DNA from: a virus
Taxonomy: Duplodnaviria; Caudoviricetes
Virus record (IMG/VR): IMGVR_UViG_3300028048_000091
Span: 1-64,000 of that record
DNA length: 64,000 nucleotides
Reading direction: 5' to 3' (one strand)
In this document: piece by piece, positions 52,537 through 62,456 of the stretch
How the letters are laid out: the number at the start of each line of letters is the position of its first letter
How positions within the stretch are numbered: the first letter of the stretch is position 1
Position numbers and translations under genes: made by a program
Notes under the pieces: generated by a model
The model's database searches: none
What the model saw: the letters and a program-made list of their open reading frames with translations, nothing else
What the model was told of the DNA's origin: nothing

Positions 52537-52713
52537 CAACTATACAGGGTTTGACCCCATACGTTTCTTGCTTCGCAGGGTTCGTAGCCTCTTCCCTCCA
52601 CAAGCTCTACACCCACTTGCCAATGGGCTATCCATAAATGGATTTTACTTAAATTGCGGTATTAAGACCCATCAAGGGGTCACGCTACATATAAATATCA
52701 CTTGGGGTCAAAA
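52537..52713 (-). ncRNA. Structured RNA resembling a TnpB omega-RNA scaffold / non-autonomous IS derivative
   Basis: GC-rich, multi-hairpin; gcttgtgga...gaagcaagaa motif also present at the 3' end of tnpB 37955-39214. Confidence 0.5.
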
Positions 52714-52765
52714 AGTATATAATTACCTATCTTAATATAAATATTGGTGGCCAACAAGTATAATG

Positions 52766-53332
52766 TTATTGGCCATTGATTATCCAAGTGTATCTTTTTT
52801 TGAGTGATTTGAGCCAATCAATATCACACTGATATTCTCTCAAATTAGGATATTGTTCTTTACAATACTCTACAGACCATAAAATAGAAGATATTCTTTT
52901 CTCATCATCTTCACTCCAATCAGAAGGCTTATTTTCTAATTTGAATGTAGAAATAGCATCGGTAAGGCCTTGTCTGTATGCATCTACCATACAATTAACA
53001 GGTTTCCCAAAGCTCTCATTATCTTTTATTGGGTTGTTACGATACTTAGAAACCATTTCTTCTATTACATCGTCATCAGCTTTCTGTTCACCTTGTTTTT
53101 CAAGCCAAGGCAACCACCTTTCCCTAAAATCAGAAAATTGTTTTGGGGTCATTTGGTTGCTATTTATTTCCAAATAATTGATTATTTCTTTTCTTACATT
53201 CTCATTATTACTCTCTTGTAGTTCCGGGGCAACCTCATCAAGTACAGACTTGAATGTATAGCCGCCCTTTATTTCTTTGGCATTCTTCAATTTCTGAACA
53301 AGGCCTTTGTATTTCTGTTCGTAATTTACCAT
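52766..53332 (-). CDS. Modular hypothetical protein
   Basis: PELQES, WLEKQGEQK, WSEDDE, WLKSLK modules. Confidence 0.6.
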   Translation of the reverse strand: MVNYEQKYKGLVQKLKNAKEIKGGYTFKSVLDEVAPELQESNNENVRKEIINYLEINSNQMTPKQFSDFRERWLPWLEKQGEQKADDDVIEEMVSKYRNNPIKDNESFGKPVNCMVDAYRQGLTDAISTFKLENKPSDWSEDDEKRISSILWSVEYCKEQYPNLREYQCDIDWLKSLKKRYTWIINGQ

Positions 53333-53341
53333 AGTTTTATT

Positions 53342-54532
53342 TTAACTAATGTTGAACTCATTTTTAAGACTGTCTACAAGGTCAAGTTTTTCCCAAGGAT
53401 AATTGATTTGATTTTCTACCAATTCCATTTCCTCACGTGTCTTACCATAATGGCCATTTAATGCCGCATTTTTATATCTTTCAACGCCATTACCAAATCT
53501 CTTTATGATATTATGTGGTTCCAATTTGACATTTTCCTTAACCCATCTAACAAGTGCTGATTCAAGTTCCTTATTTTTATCAAGTTCAATACTGATTGAG
53601 GTTGGTTCTGCAACGCCAATTGAATATGATACATCAACAGTTGCAACATTTGCGATACCGGCGGCAACAATATTTTTAGCAATATATCTACACATCATAT
53701 TTGCTGAATAGTCAACTTTTGATGCATCCTTACCATGAAGTCCGCCGGCTGAAATTCTAAATGATGAACCAAATTGGTCACAAGCAAGTTTTCTATTACA
53801 CATTCCACAATCAGAGACACTACCACCCGTATTCCATACACCGGCCGGATTGACATCAATTACAAAATTCTTGTCTGCAATGAATTTATTATATATATCA
53901 TCACTTAGACCGATTTTGTTATATTGTATAGCATTCGTAATATAACCTCGAAGTATTGAAATATCACATTGGTGCATTGAAGATACTAAAATTGAATTTA
54001 TCTTAACAGGGGTATTACCTTCATATTCAATAACGACTTGCGTTTTAGCATCCGGACCAATCTCTAATGTGCTTTTCATAATAAAGTCACAAATATGTTT
54101 GGTTATATAACACCCCAGTGGCATAAACGTTTCAGTTTCATTTGTTGCACCGGCGGTCATCCAGCCTTGGTCACCTGCTGTGGTTATTTCATCTGATACA
54201 TCAACTGCTTTATGAATCTCTGGGGATTGTTTACCAATCAAGTTAATTATTTTAATGTTTTCGGGATATAATCCGTGATTTTTAGGGTATACTATCTCCT
54301 TAAATACGTTTCTTACAATGCTGTCATAATCTACGACACTTTTAGAATAAATCTCGCCGCCAAGAACTACGATGTTATCTTTCATCATAGTTTCAATACC
54401 ACAACGAGAATTAGAATCTCCGCTAACAAAAGCATCAACCAATGCTCCTGCAATTACATCGCACACTTTGTCGGGATGACCCGGTGTTACGGCTTCTACT
54501 GCCAATACACGTTTGTTTTTGTTTTCTACCAT
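53342..54532 (-). CDS. metK: S-adenosylmethionine synthetase
   Basis: EAVTPGHPDKVCD, QSPEI, AGDQG, PDAKTQV, GGLHGKDASKVD. Confidence 0.95.
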   Translation of the reverse strand: MVENKNKRVLAVEAVTPGHPDKVCDVIAGALVDAFVSGDSNSRCGIETMMKDNIVVLGGEIYSKSVVDYDSIVRNVFKEIVYPKNHGLYPENIKIINLIGKQSPEIHKAVDVSDEITTAGDQGWMTAGATNETETFMPLGCYITKHICDFIMKSTLEIGPDAKTQVVIEYEGNTPVKINSILVSSMHQCDISILRGYITNAIQYNKIGLSDDIYNKFIADKNFVIDVNPAGVWNTGGSVSDCGMCNRKLACDQFGSSFRISAGGLHGKDASKVDYSANMMCRYIAKNIVAAGIANVATVDVSYSIGVAEPTSISIELDKNKELESALVRWVKENVKLEPHNIIKRFGNGVERYKNAALNGHYGKTREEMELVENQINYPWEKLDLVDSLKNEFNIS

Positions 54533-54591
54533 TTAATTTAAAGTTTTAAAAAATTATTGTTTAAAATTAAATGTAGTGAACCTATTAATTA

Positions 54592-54640
54592 GATTTTAGC
54601 CGTTTTTAAAGAGGTGGCAAGCACTACAAATCCCCTCTAT
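54592..54640 (-). promoter_or_regulatory. SAM-II (SAM_alpha-like) riboswitch in the metK leader
   Basis: AGAGG-GGAUUUG-UAGU-GCUUGC-CA-CCUCU-UUAAAAAC-GGCUAAAA: P1 AGAGG/CCUCU plus conserved GAUUUG, GCUUGC, UAAA, GCUAAA; begins just after the promoter at 54645. Confidence 0.75.
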
Positions 54641-54698
54641 CGTTTGCAAATATACTATATTTCTACAATATAATAAAGTAACTTTATATTAAAAATTG

Positions 54699-55256
54699 TT
54701 AATATTCAATCGCCTTTATCTTAGTAATTTCGTCAATCTGATACAACGAACAATCTTTAAGACTGTCATAACGTTTAAGTTCATTATATGCCTCATCTTT
54801 AGTTCGATACCGACAAGTATTGCCATCTATATATGTGGCAAAACTAAAGCCCCCAAGACTATCACACTGATACTCAACATCACCATTTTCAAGTTCACGT
54901 CCAACTAAATAATTGGCCTGCGTAGTTGTTCTACATCCGAAATTATTAAACTCTTTTTCAACAGTATCATTATTTATTGATAGAACAACAGGATGCAATG
55001 CATCAATCTTAACCCAATTTAGGCAACTTGGTGATAAATTGAGCCTTAATGTGTTATTATCAAACGTGATTCCATCATTTGTCTTGTAATTCTTATTAGC
55101 CTCAGTTCTTAGGAACGTGCCATTTCCATCCCCAAATTCAATCCAAATGGGGACGTTATGCATTATGTGATTCTTATTAATGAAATCAACCAAATCACCA
55201 ACGCTGACATATTCCTTGTCAAGAGGTTTAAAGTTTGGTTTATCTATAAACATCAC
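54699..55256 (-). CDS. Hypothetical protein
   Basis: 185 aa ORF. Confidence 0.55.
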   Translation of the reverse strand: MMFIDKPNFKPLDKEYVSVGDLVDFINKNHIMHNVPIWIEFGDGNGTFLRTEANKNYKTNDGITFDNNTLRLNLSPSCLNWVKIDALHPVVLSINNDTVEKEFNNFGCRTTTQANYLVGRELENGDVEYQCDSLGGFSFATYIDGNTCRYRTKDEAYNELKRYDSLKDCSLYQIDEITKIKAIEY

Positions 55257-56293
55257 AAATTCTCAATTTTTTCTTTTAAGAAATCCTTTTCTACAATCTC
55301 CTTACCAAGTATCTGAATAACCTTATCCAATGTAAGGTCATCTTCAGGAGTCACCCAAGAATCTATGTAGTATAGCTTCTTACTGCCACATATCATTCCA
55401 AACAAGATTGGGTCTCTTCTACGTGCAGCCTCAATCTTCTTTTCCTTGTTGGTCATATGATATACTTCACCATCCGGAGAATAAGACAAAATACAATAAT
55501 TGTCAAATACTTCCAACTTGTCTATTTCTAATTTCTTCTTAATGATATCAAGTGGAATTGTTCTTGTGTAGTTCTTAATGTAATCCAAGCCTAATGCTTT
55601 TGGACTATTGAATGCAAGTTTAACTAACGTTTCCTCACTGATAGCCTTATACAACCCTTTACCATACAGTATTGACTCGTATTTATTAATGATAAGTTGT
55701 TCGAATAGCTTTTCCTTTAAGGCTACCTGACCGCTTGCTTCTGTATATGCAATGCAATCAACGTAATCCTTTATTCTATCACGATACTTCTCAGCCTCTT
55801 CCTTACTAAGAGCCTTGACATCAGAAAAGAATTTGATTACATCAAAATTGATTTCCTTTTCCTTCTTATTATTAGACTTCTTGGATTTGAATATATTACG
55901 GAGTTTAGAAAATAATGATTTCTTTTTATTATACGGAATATTATCATCAATATTGTTTGGACCAACAGAATTTGAGGCAAATACCGAAGGCGTACCAACC
56001 CAAGTGTCATTAAGGTTCTGACGCATGCTTTCAGATACCTTGACATTGAACTCAGTAATAGACAAATCCTTATCAGAAAGGAAATAATCCTTTAACTCAT
56101 TATAAGATAGTACAGGGGTTGTAGAATTGTCACCTTCTACAAAACTATTGTTTAAATTTCCAACCGTTTCTAACTTACTGTTATTATCTAATTTTTTTGC
56201 TGCCTTATATTTAGGCAAACTTGTATCAACCTCGACTCTTCCTAAGATTGATACACGTTTTTTATCAGATGTTAATAAAGGTAATCTTGCCAT
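55253..56293 (-). CDS. Conserved hypothetical phage protein
   Basis: IKNYTRTIP..FDNYCIL..DPILFG..LYYIDSW. Confidence 0.65.
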   Translation of the reverse strand: MARLPLLTSDKKRVSILGRVEVDTSLPKYKAAKKLDNNSKLETVGNLNNSFVEGDNSTTPVLSYNELKDYFLSDKDLSITEFNVKVSESMRQNLNDTWVGTPSVFASNSVGPNNIDDNIPYNKKKSLFSKLRNIFKSKKSNNKKEKEINFDVIKFFSDVKALSKEEAEKYRDRIKDYVDCIAYTEASGQVALKEKLFEQLIINKYESILYGKGLYKAISEETLVKLAFNSPKALGLDYIKNYTRTIPLDIIKKKLEIDKLEVFDNYCILSYSPDGEVYHMTNKEKKIEAARRRDPILFGMICGSKKLYYIDSWVTPEDDLTLDKVIQILGKEIVEKDFLKEKIENL

Positions 56294-56385
56294 ATATTAA
56301 TGATTTTAAAACTTATTAAATTCTTTCTTTTCCTCGAAGCATTGGCAAACCTTATACTTCTTATCATAGATATAGCCACCGTGAA

Positions 56386-56850
56386 TTATCTTGATATTAC
56401 ATAGGCCATAGAAACCATTCCACTCATATTTCTAAATAATGTAACACTCATAAATGGGAATTCACCGGCTGAAAACCACTTCCTAATTTCTTCCGCCGAT
56501 TTTGGCATCATTTCTTCAGGCCCGTTATAATATTTCTTGAAATATTCGAATACATAATTGGTAATATATTTAGTATCTGATATGTTTACAACTTGACGCT
56601 TAACATCCATTGTGATTGACATTAATATGTCTTCATGATACCTTCTCTCGAAAATGCCATACATAAATAACGCATTTGGCATTGCATACATATGCTCATT
56701 ATGAATCGCCATTAGCTTTCTTGAAAAGTCATTCAGCATTATTGTCTTAATCTTCTCAAGGTCAGGATTATCAAAATCAATGTCAATACCACAAGTTATG
56801 CCATAGCCCTTTACTCGTTTAACACGACCATCATCATAATATTCTATCAT
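56386..56850 (-). CDS. Hypothetical protein
   Basis: Downstream of the promoter at 56884. Confidence 0.55.
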   Translation of the reverse strand: MIEYYDDGRVKRVKGYGITCGIDIDFDNPDLEKIKTIMLNDFSRKLMAIHNEHMYAMPNALFMYGIFERRYHEDILMSITMDVKRQVVNISDTKYITNYVFEYFKKYYNGPEEMMPKSAEEIRKWFSAGEFPFMSVTLFRNMSGMVSMAYVISR

Positions 56851-57583
56851 ATTAATTAATTTTTACTAATGTTTATATTCGTTTGCAAATGTACTATATA
56901 TTTTTGAAAAAACAAAATAATTTTTGTTAAATAATGTTATTTTTCCAAAATATCTTATTTCCACACAGGTTAAGACTGACTGCTTCACCAAGGTTCCAAA
57001 CCTCATGTTGTACCTCCTCTAACAAGTCTGCTAATATATCATCATGTACATGACGGCAATTGCATAGGGTTTCTATCAGTTCCAAACAATCAGTATCAAA
57101 CTTAACATCATCCTCACTGATACTATTGTGTATTTCTTCTACAATATCTCTTGCAAGGAAATAACTGTTTTGACTGATAAAGTCATTGATGTCAGCATAC
57201 ATGTATTTTTCGAACAACATACATTATTTAGTTTTTAGTTTTCTTAGTTGTTTTCTTCTTCTTCTTCTTAGGTTCTACAGGGATGTCATCTTCCTTTTCC
57301 TCAGGAGATAACTCACTTTCCTCCTTATATTCATTAAGGAGTTTATTGTTGGTTTGCCATTTATCCATCATGTCAGAAGACCATGGAAACCATTTAGTCC
57401 ATACTTTACCTTCCCTTGAAAAATACTGATAACGTTTATATAACATTTTATTCTTCCTCCTTTTCAACTACGATATATGCTTTATAGTTATAGTTGATAT
57501 CATAATCTTTTTTTAGACCGGAAGACAAACTTGTTTCAATAGCATTTTTTAACATCTTTTGCTTTTGCCATTGAGCACCGGCC

Positions 57584-58957
57584 GTGAACTACCCCCACCT
57601 AAAGGAGGGGGCTTCCCCATTCAACGAAGCGGCTTGCATTAAGGTTTCCCTTAATGTAGAGGTCACTTCTCCAGGGGCGTAAATTCCCGCAGTTCCTGCG
57701 GTATTATATTCATTTTCTAATACAACACTATAAAAATAGTCTCTAAGGTTTAAGGCAGCATTGTAATCACGGTCAATTACGCAACCACAAGTGGGGCATA
57801 CCCATTCCCGGTCAGATAATTGCAGTAAATCGTTCTTACTACCACATTCATGACAGGTCTTACTACTCGGAAACCATTTATCCACGTACATAACACAACT
57901 ATCACGCTCTATGCACTTGTATTCAAGAAAACTACGAAACTCACCAAAACCTAAATCCATAACGGATTTACCAAGGTGCAAAGTACGAGACATATCTTGC
58001 AGGTTTATATCCTCAAGAACAATTACATCATACTTATCCACGTAGTAACGAGATAGTTTATGGCAGTAGTCTAAACGGCAATTAGCAACATGACGGCTTA
58101 ACTTGGATAAACGCTTCCTCGACTTGTAACGATTGGAAGAACCCTTAACCTTACGTGATACCATACGTTGCAGCCTTTTAAGACGTTTCTCGTTCCTCCG
58201 GTAATTCCTAATGTACTTGGCTTTCGTATCATCGGGATTACTATCGGAATCAACGGAGAAATCCGTCAAAGACATGTCAATGCCTACGATTTTCAATTCA
58301 TTGTATTTTTTATGTTTATGCGTATAGCCAACATTTTCATCAGGGATTTCTACGGCAATGGATGCGTAGTATTGCCCATCCCTTGTCTGTTCAATCGTGC
58401 AAGAAGTGATGTTACCCACTAACTCACGATGTAAGACTATATCCACAAACCCCAACTTAGGAAGTTTAAGTTTCCCATTTTCCAACCGGATAGTACCATT
58501 TTGGTTATTCGTTGTATAGGAAAGTTTGCATTTGCTTTTTTTATGCTTTTTGGGGAAGCGTACTTTTTTTCCTTTGCGTTTTCCTTTTTTGCTATCGAAA
58601 TAGTTTTTAAATGCAGTTTTCAGATGTTGCTTTGCGTTGGCGAGTGCAAGTGAGTCTACTTCGTTAAGGAATGTGTATGTATTTTTAAAGTGCGTTACTT
58701 CTTTTAGTTTTGGTTTTAGTCCGTTGTCAAGTTGTGTTTTATAGTCGTTAAGTAGTGAATTGTATATGAGACGTGCACATCCCACCGTCTTATTTATTAA
58801 GATGGCTTGCTGTGTTGTTGGCAGTAGTTTATACTTGTACGCTCGTCTCATTAGTATTGATTATTTATTATAAGTATAGTATACTTATTGTTATAAGTAA
58901 ATAGTAGTTTTGCAATTCATCCCCCACCTGAAGGAAGGGGACTTCTTGCCAAAAAAT
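57584..58957 (-). mobile_element. IS200/IS605-family (IS1341-like, tnpB-only) element
   Basis: Subterminal hairpins at both ends; right end TCAC; inserted 3' of TTAAT; removal restores an ORF. Confidence 0.85.
57589..58851 (-). CDS. tnpB: TnpB RNA-guided endonuclease
   Basis: AYKYKL.P, GIDMS, LEDI, CHECG/CPTCG, DRDYNAA. Confidence 0.95.
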   Translation of the reverse strand: MRRAYKYKLLPTTQQAILINKTVGCARLIYNSLLNDYKTQLDNGLKPKLKEVTHFKNTYTFLNEVDSLALANAKQHLKTAFKNYFDSKKGKRKGKKVRFPKKHKKSKCKLSYTTNNQNGTIRLENGKLKLPKLGFVDIVLHRELVGNITSCTIEQTRDGQYYASIAVEIPDENVGYTHKHKKYNELKIVGIDMSLTDFSVDSDSNPDDTKAKYIRNYRRNEKRLKRLQRMVSRKVKGSSNRYKSRKRLSKLSRHVANCRLDYCHKLSRYYVDKYDVIVLEDINLQDMSRTLHLGKSVMDLGFGEFRSFLEYKCIERDSCVMYVDKWFPSSKTCHECGSKNDLLQLSDREWVCPTCGCVIDRDYNAALNLRDYFYSVVLENEYNTAGTAGIYAPGEVTSTLRETLMQAASLNGEAPSFRWG

Positions 58958-59020
58958 ATTAAATCATCACTTACAGTCTCTTCTATGTACTTTTTAAATT
59001 TCTCTTTGTCTGTCATATGA

Positions 59021-59476
59021 TTATAGTGCTATTATATCCTCTAAATATGCCCACTTTGCTATATCAGTAATGGGAATACGGCCTCTTTTATTCTTATATA
59101 CTTCTGCAACAACTCCTCCGTCAAGTGACTTTTGTTCAACCTTATATCCGGTTGGGTGAGGGTATTGTTCCGTTATAAATACCTTTTCTTCTTTATTATA
59201 AAATGCCAGTTCAAAGTCTAAGTAACCAACATTACCTATTGCACCATAATATATAAGACAGTGACCTCTATGATTATCATCGTCATTAGTGCATGGTTCT
59301 TCACTTGCATCATGCCATACTGAGGTAGTGGGTTCTTCTTTCAGCAACTTTCTGATATACTTCACCTTATCTATAACCGGATAAGTAAGTTCCTTATTAT
59401 AGTCTTGAGTCTGAAGGTTCCAAAAAGAATAGTCAATTGCTTCTAAAAGCATGTTAAGTTTTTCTCTATCAGTCAT
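59021..59476 (-). CDS. Hypothetical protein
   Basis: VWHDASEEP...KWAYLED modules. Confidence 0.6.
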   Translation of the reverse strand: MTDREKLNMLLEAIDYSFWNLQTQDYNKELTYPVIDKVKYIRKLLKEEPTTSVWHDASEEPCTNDDDNHRGHCLIYYGAIGNVGYLDFELAFYNKEEKVFITEQYPHPTGYKVEQKSLDGGVVAEVYKNKRGRIPITDIAKWAYLEDIIAL

Positions 59477-60252
59477 TTATTTTTTTTGTAAACAAATAGT
59501 TTTTCTGTCTTAATATTCTGCTTATCACCCTTTTTGGTTGTTCCCATACCATCCTTTTTCTTCTTCTCCCAAATGCATGTGAAATCATCAGGCGCTGTAT
59601 ATTCTGATACAAATACTTGATGCCCTTCATTGGTCATCTTTCTTACCCATTCCCAAAACTTATCATGTGGGAAATCATCCATATATGCCTTTGTCTCAAA
59701 ATATGGGGGGTCTGCATATATAACACTATGCTCCGGGAAAGTAAATTCATCAAATGAACCACATAAAAACTCTGTTGTATCCATATGTTCGAAATTGGCC
59801 AATTGTTTCATCAAGCCATTATATGCCTCATGGCAATGATTTTCCGGTTCTCCATTCTTATTACGTTTATTGTAATTTGGTTTTGCAAAACCATTAAACC
59901 ATGATGAGCCATAACTAAGTGCATTACCAACATATCCTATAATATAGTCAGGCCAACGTCCATCGCCATTAAGATATGACTGCTTAATTGAATTGTATTG
60001 CTCTTCTGTAATTTCATACGGAATGTTGTCAGATGGATAACCAAAAATTACATTCTGTTTCAATTTATACCATAAATCAATTACATACTTGTTACTATCA
60101 ATTGCCCATTTCTTTGCATGTGGTACTTCTGATACAATAGAACACCCACCACAGCACATATCAACAAACAATGTGTTTTCATCCTTTATTGCACCCATAA
60201 GAATAGGTACAATATCATTTGCAAACTTCTTTTTACTTCCGCAATATCTCAT
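59473..60252 (-). CDS. DNA adenine methyltransferase
   Basis: MRYCGSK, FVDMCCGG, YADPPY, FVSEY, EKLF. Confidence 0.88.
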   Translation of the reverse strand: MRYCGSKKKFANDIVPILMGAIKDENTLFVDMCCGGCSIVSEVPHAKKWAIDSNKYVIDLWYKLKQNVIFGYPSDNIPYEITEEQYNSIKQSYLNGDGRWPDYIIGYVGNALSYGSSWFNGFAKPNYNKRNKNGEPENHCHEAYNGLMKQLANFEHMDTTEFLCGSFDEFTFPEHSVIYADPPYFETKAYMDDFPHDKFWEWVRKMTNEGHQVFVSEYTAPDDFTCIWEKKKKDGMGTTKKGDKQNIKTEKLFVYKKNK

Positions 60253-60619
60253 AATTATTTCTTGTTTTTCTTTTTAACAACATTGTAAGGGTGTGACGTT
60301 ATACCTTCAAGAACAGGCACCCAATAAGATTGTATGTTTGGCTCACCAACTTTTAATAATTTAGCATTATCTGGACCATATCCGTAAGGTCGAGGACCGT
60401 ATTTTGCGTTATGCATACGTATATATTCCTCTTCATTGTTAATCGGGACGTTTATTTCCATTTCTTTCCACATCCAAATATAACAGCCAGAAACTGTTCC
60501 ATCTTCTTCTTTAAACAGCATGTCCTTACGTAAAGTGTTCCACGCAGACTTATCTGTCTTAAACTCCTTTATTCGACTGCTTCTGAGGGCATTTGACAAC
60601 TTATACCTTGGCATACTTA

Positions 60620-61096
60620 TTACTCTTCCAAATCCAAAACATGACCACTTACATAGAAATAAGGCATACCGTCATATGATGCGTCATCATACTCCTTGGA
60701 AACTTCCAATGCTACTTTTTCCTTATCTGTTACATTACAGATTTCCAAGTACTTGTTAAACAATTCCTTATTCTCATAGAATACAAGCTGCTCATCATAG
60801 TAGATATCCCAATTGAAAATATTTTTGGTATTTTCCGGTTTAATTGCATCCTTATAAGCCTCAAACATTTCCTTATTGGTATCTTCCAAATAACGGTCAA
60901 ACAACTCTTCCATCTTTCCTTGAACGTCAAAGTCAATTGCCCTGTACTGCTCTTCAAGGTTGTGATAGTAATCATTCTTTGTCTCGGCAAATGCTTCTGC
61001 TTTATCCTTATTGGTAAATGCAGCATAAGGGCTTTCAAAACTATCTTCATACTGTCCGGTGGACTTCATTACAATGTAAATCTTACTTTTTTCCAT
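60620..61096 (-). CDS. Hypothetical protein
   Basis: IYIV..STGQYED motif. Confidence 0.55.
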   Translation of the reverse strand: MEKSKIYIVMKSTGQYEDSFESPYAAFTNKDKAEAFAETKNDYYHNLEEQYRAIDFDVQGKMEELFDRYLEDTNKEMFEAYKDAIKPENTKNIFNWDIYYDEQLVFYENKELFNKYLEICNVTDKEKVALEVSKEYDDASYDGMPYFYVSGHVLDLEE

Positions 61097-61325
61097 TGCT
61101 ATTCAAAATTACTATGATTGTGTCATTCTGAGTTTTATTCAAAATCTCCCTTTGTTCCCAAAACGGCTCATTAAAACCATCAAAACCAGTACATTCCTCA
61201 ATTACAATGTAATCTTTGGTATAAGTGACTCTTTTATCACCTTGTGACAACTTTACTGTTGCTATCTCATCACCACAAGATAACAGTAAAAGTGAACTGA
61301 AAATAAATAAAATTAACTTCTTCAT
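61083..61325 (-). CDS. Putative lipoprotein
   Basis: MKK-hydrophobic-LLSC lipobox. Confidence 0.6.
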   Translation of the reverse strand: MKKLILFIFSSLLLLSCGDEIATVKLSQGDKRVTYTKDYIVIEECTGFDGFNEPFWEQREILNKTQNDTIIVILNSNGKK

Positions 61326-61900
61326 GCGGCCTCCTTATTTTCTTCCCTATTATTATTAATAATGTATGCTATAGCATCTTTCAAGGAATTAACCCTCTTA
61401 TACTTCTTTGAAACATTCCTATTATACGGGGTATCAACAACAATCTTCTTGGATTTATCACGTTTATCCATAATAAATTCAGGATTATCATCTATAAGGT
61501 AATCACCCTTAATCATCCACTTATCTTTGGTGAAGCATATATCATCGTATCTTATACCATGCACATCAAGAAACCTAAGTGTGTGCATTATGTTTTCCAA
61601 ATTGAACTGCCATGTAACGATGACAACTTTGTGGCCATTACTACGTAAAGTATCAATTGCTTCCTTAATTCCTTCAAATGGCTGACTTACATAAAGAAAT
61701 ATATCATCAGCATGCTCTCTGAAAAAATAATCAGTTGGTTTCATGCCGGTTTTCTCCGCAATTGCATGGAAATTGGTATTTATATCATAATCAACTATGT
61801 CATCAGAACATAGATTACCCCCAAATTTCTTATTATAAATCTGGCACATTGCTGTGATAATATCCCGTATCACGCCATCAACATCAATCTTAACTACCAT
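61322..61900 (-). CDS. 5'(3')-deoxyribonucleotidase (HAD/NT5C family)
   Basis: IDVDGVI, IVT, LIDDNP, PYN. Confidence 0.85.
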   Translation of the reverse strand: MVVKIDVDGVIRDIITAMCQIYNKKFGGNLCSDDIVDYDINTNFHAIAEKTGMKPTDYFFREHADDIFLYVSQPFEGIKEAIDTLRSNGHKVVIVTWQFNLENIMHTLRFLDVHGIRYDDICFTKDKWMIKGDYLIDDNPEFIMDKRDKSKKIVVDTPYNRNVSKKYKRVNSLKDAIAYIINNNREENKEAA

Positions 61901-62456
61901 AGTTTAAACCATTTAATTCTAAATACTGTTTATACATAGAAAGTACAAATTCTTCGTCATTAAACCCTTCTACTAGTCTATTATGTAAACCAAGTAAAAA
62001 TTCCGCTGTTTTTGGGTCTGCTACTGCATACCTCTTCGCAAACTCTAAACGTTCTGCCTTAATAGCAGCATCCTTATATTCAGATAATGTATAAATCATA
62101 TTTTTCAAGGTTTTGAATATAGTTTAGACGGATTGATTTTTGGCATCTCAGTACCATAATCAAGTATTTTGAAAACAATGTTCTTATCGCCCATTTCATC
62201 TTTAGCGGATTTAAGATACTCTTTACATTCTGCCTTATCATCAAAAATCAACACAGCATCTTCACCAACAAGTGTATAAGCATTAGATGATAACTTCTTA
62301 CTAAGTTCAGTCTCATCTGCTTCCTTTACTCGTACCTTCTTACGAATACCAATACAATAATAGTTCTTTTCTTTCTCCATTACTTTTTTGTTTAGATTTC
62401 TGCTGCAAAAGTACAAATAATTTTTATGCTGACAAAATTATTTTAGTTAAATAATG

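Larger units (their letters stand above)
57448..59016 (-). pseudogene. 64 aa modular gene split by the IS element
   Basis: MTDKEKFKKYIEETVSDDL-M-AGAQWQKQKD...EKEEE* is in frame once 57584-58957 is removed. Confidence 0.75.
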
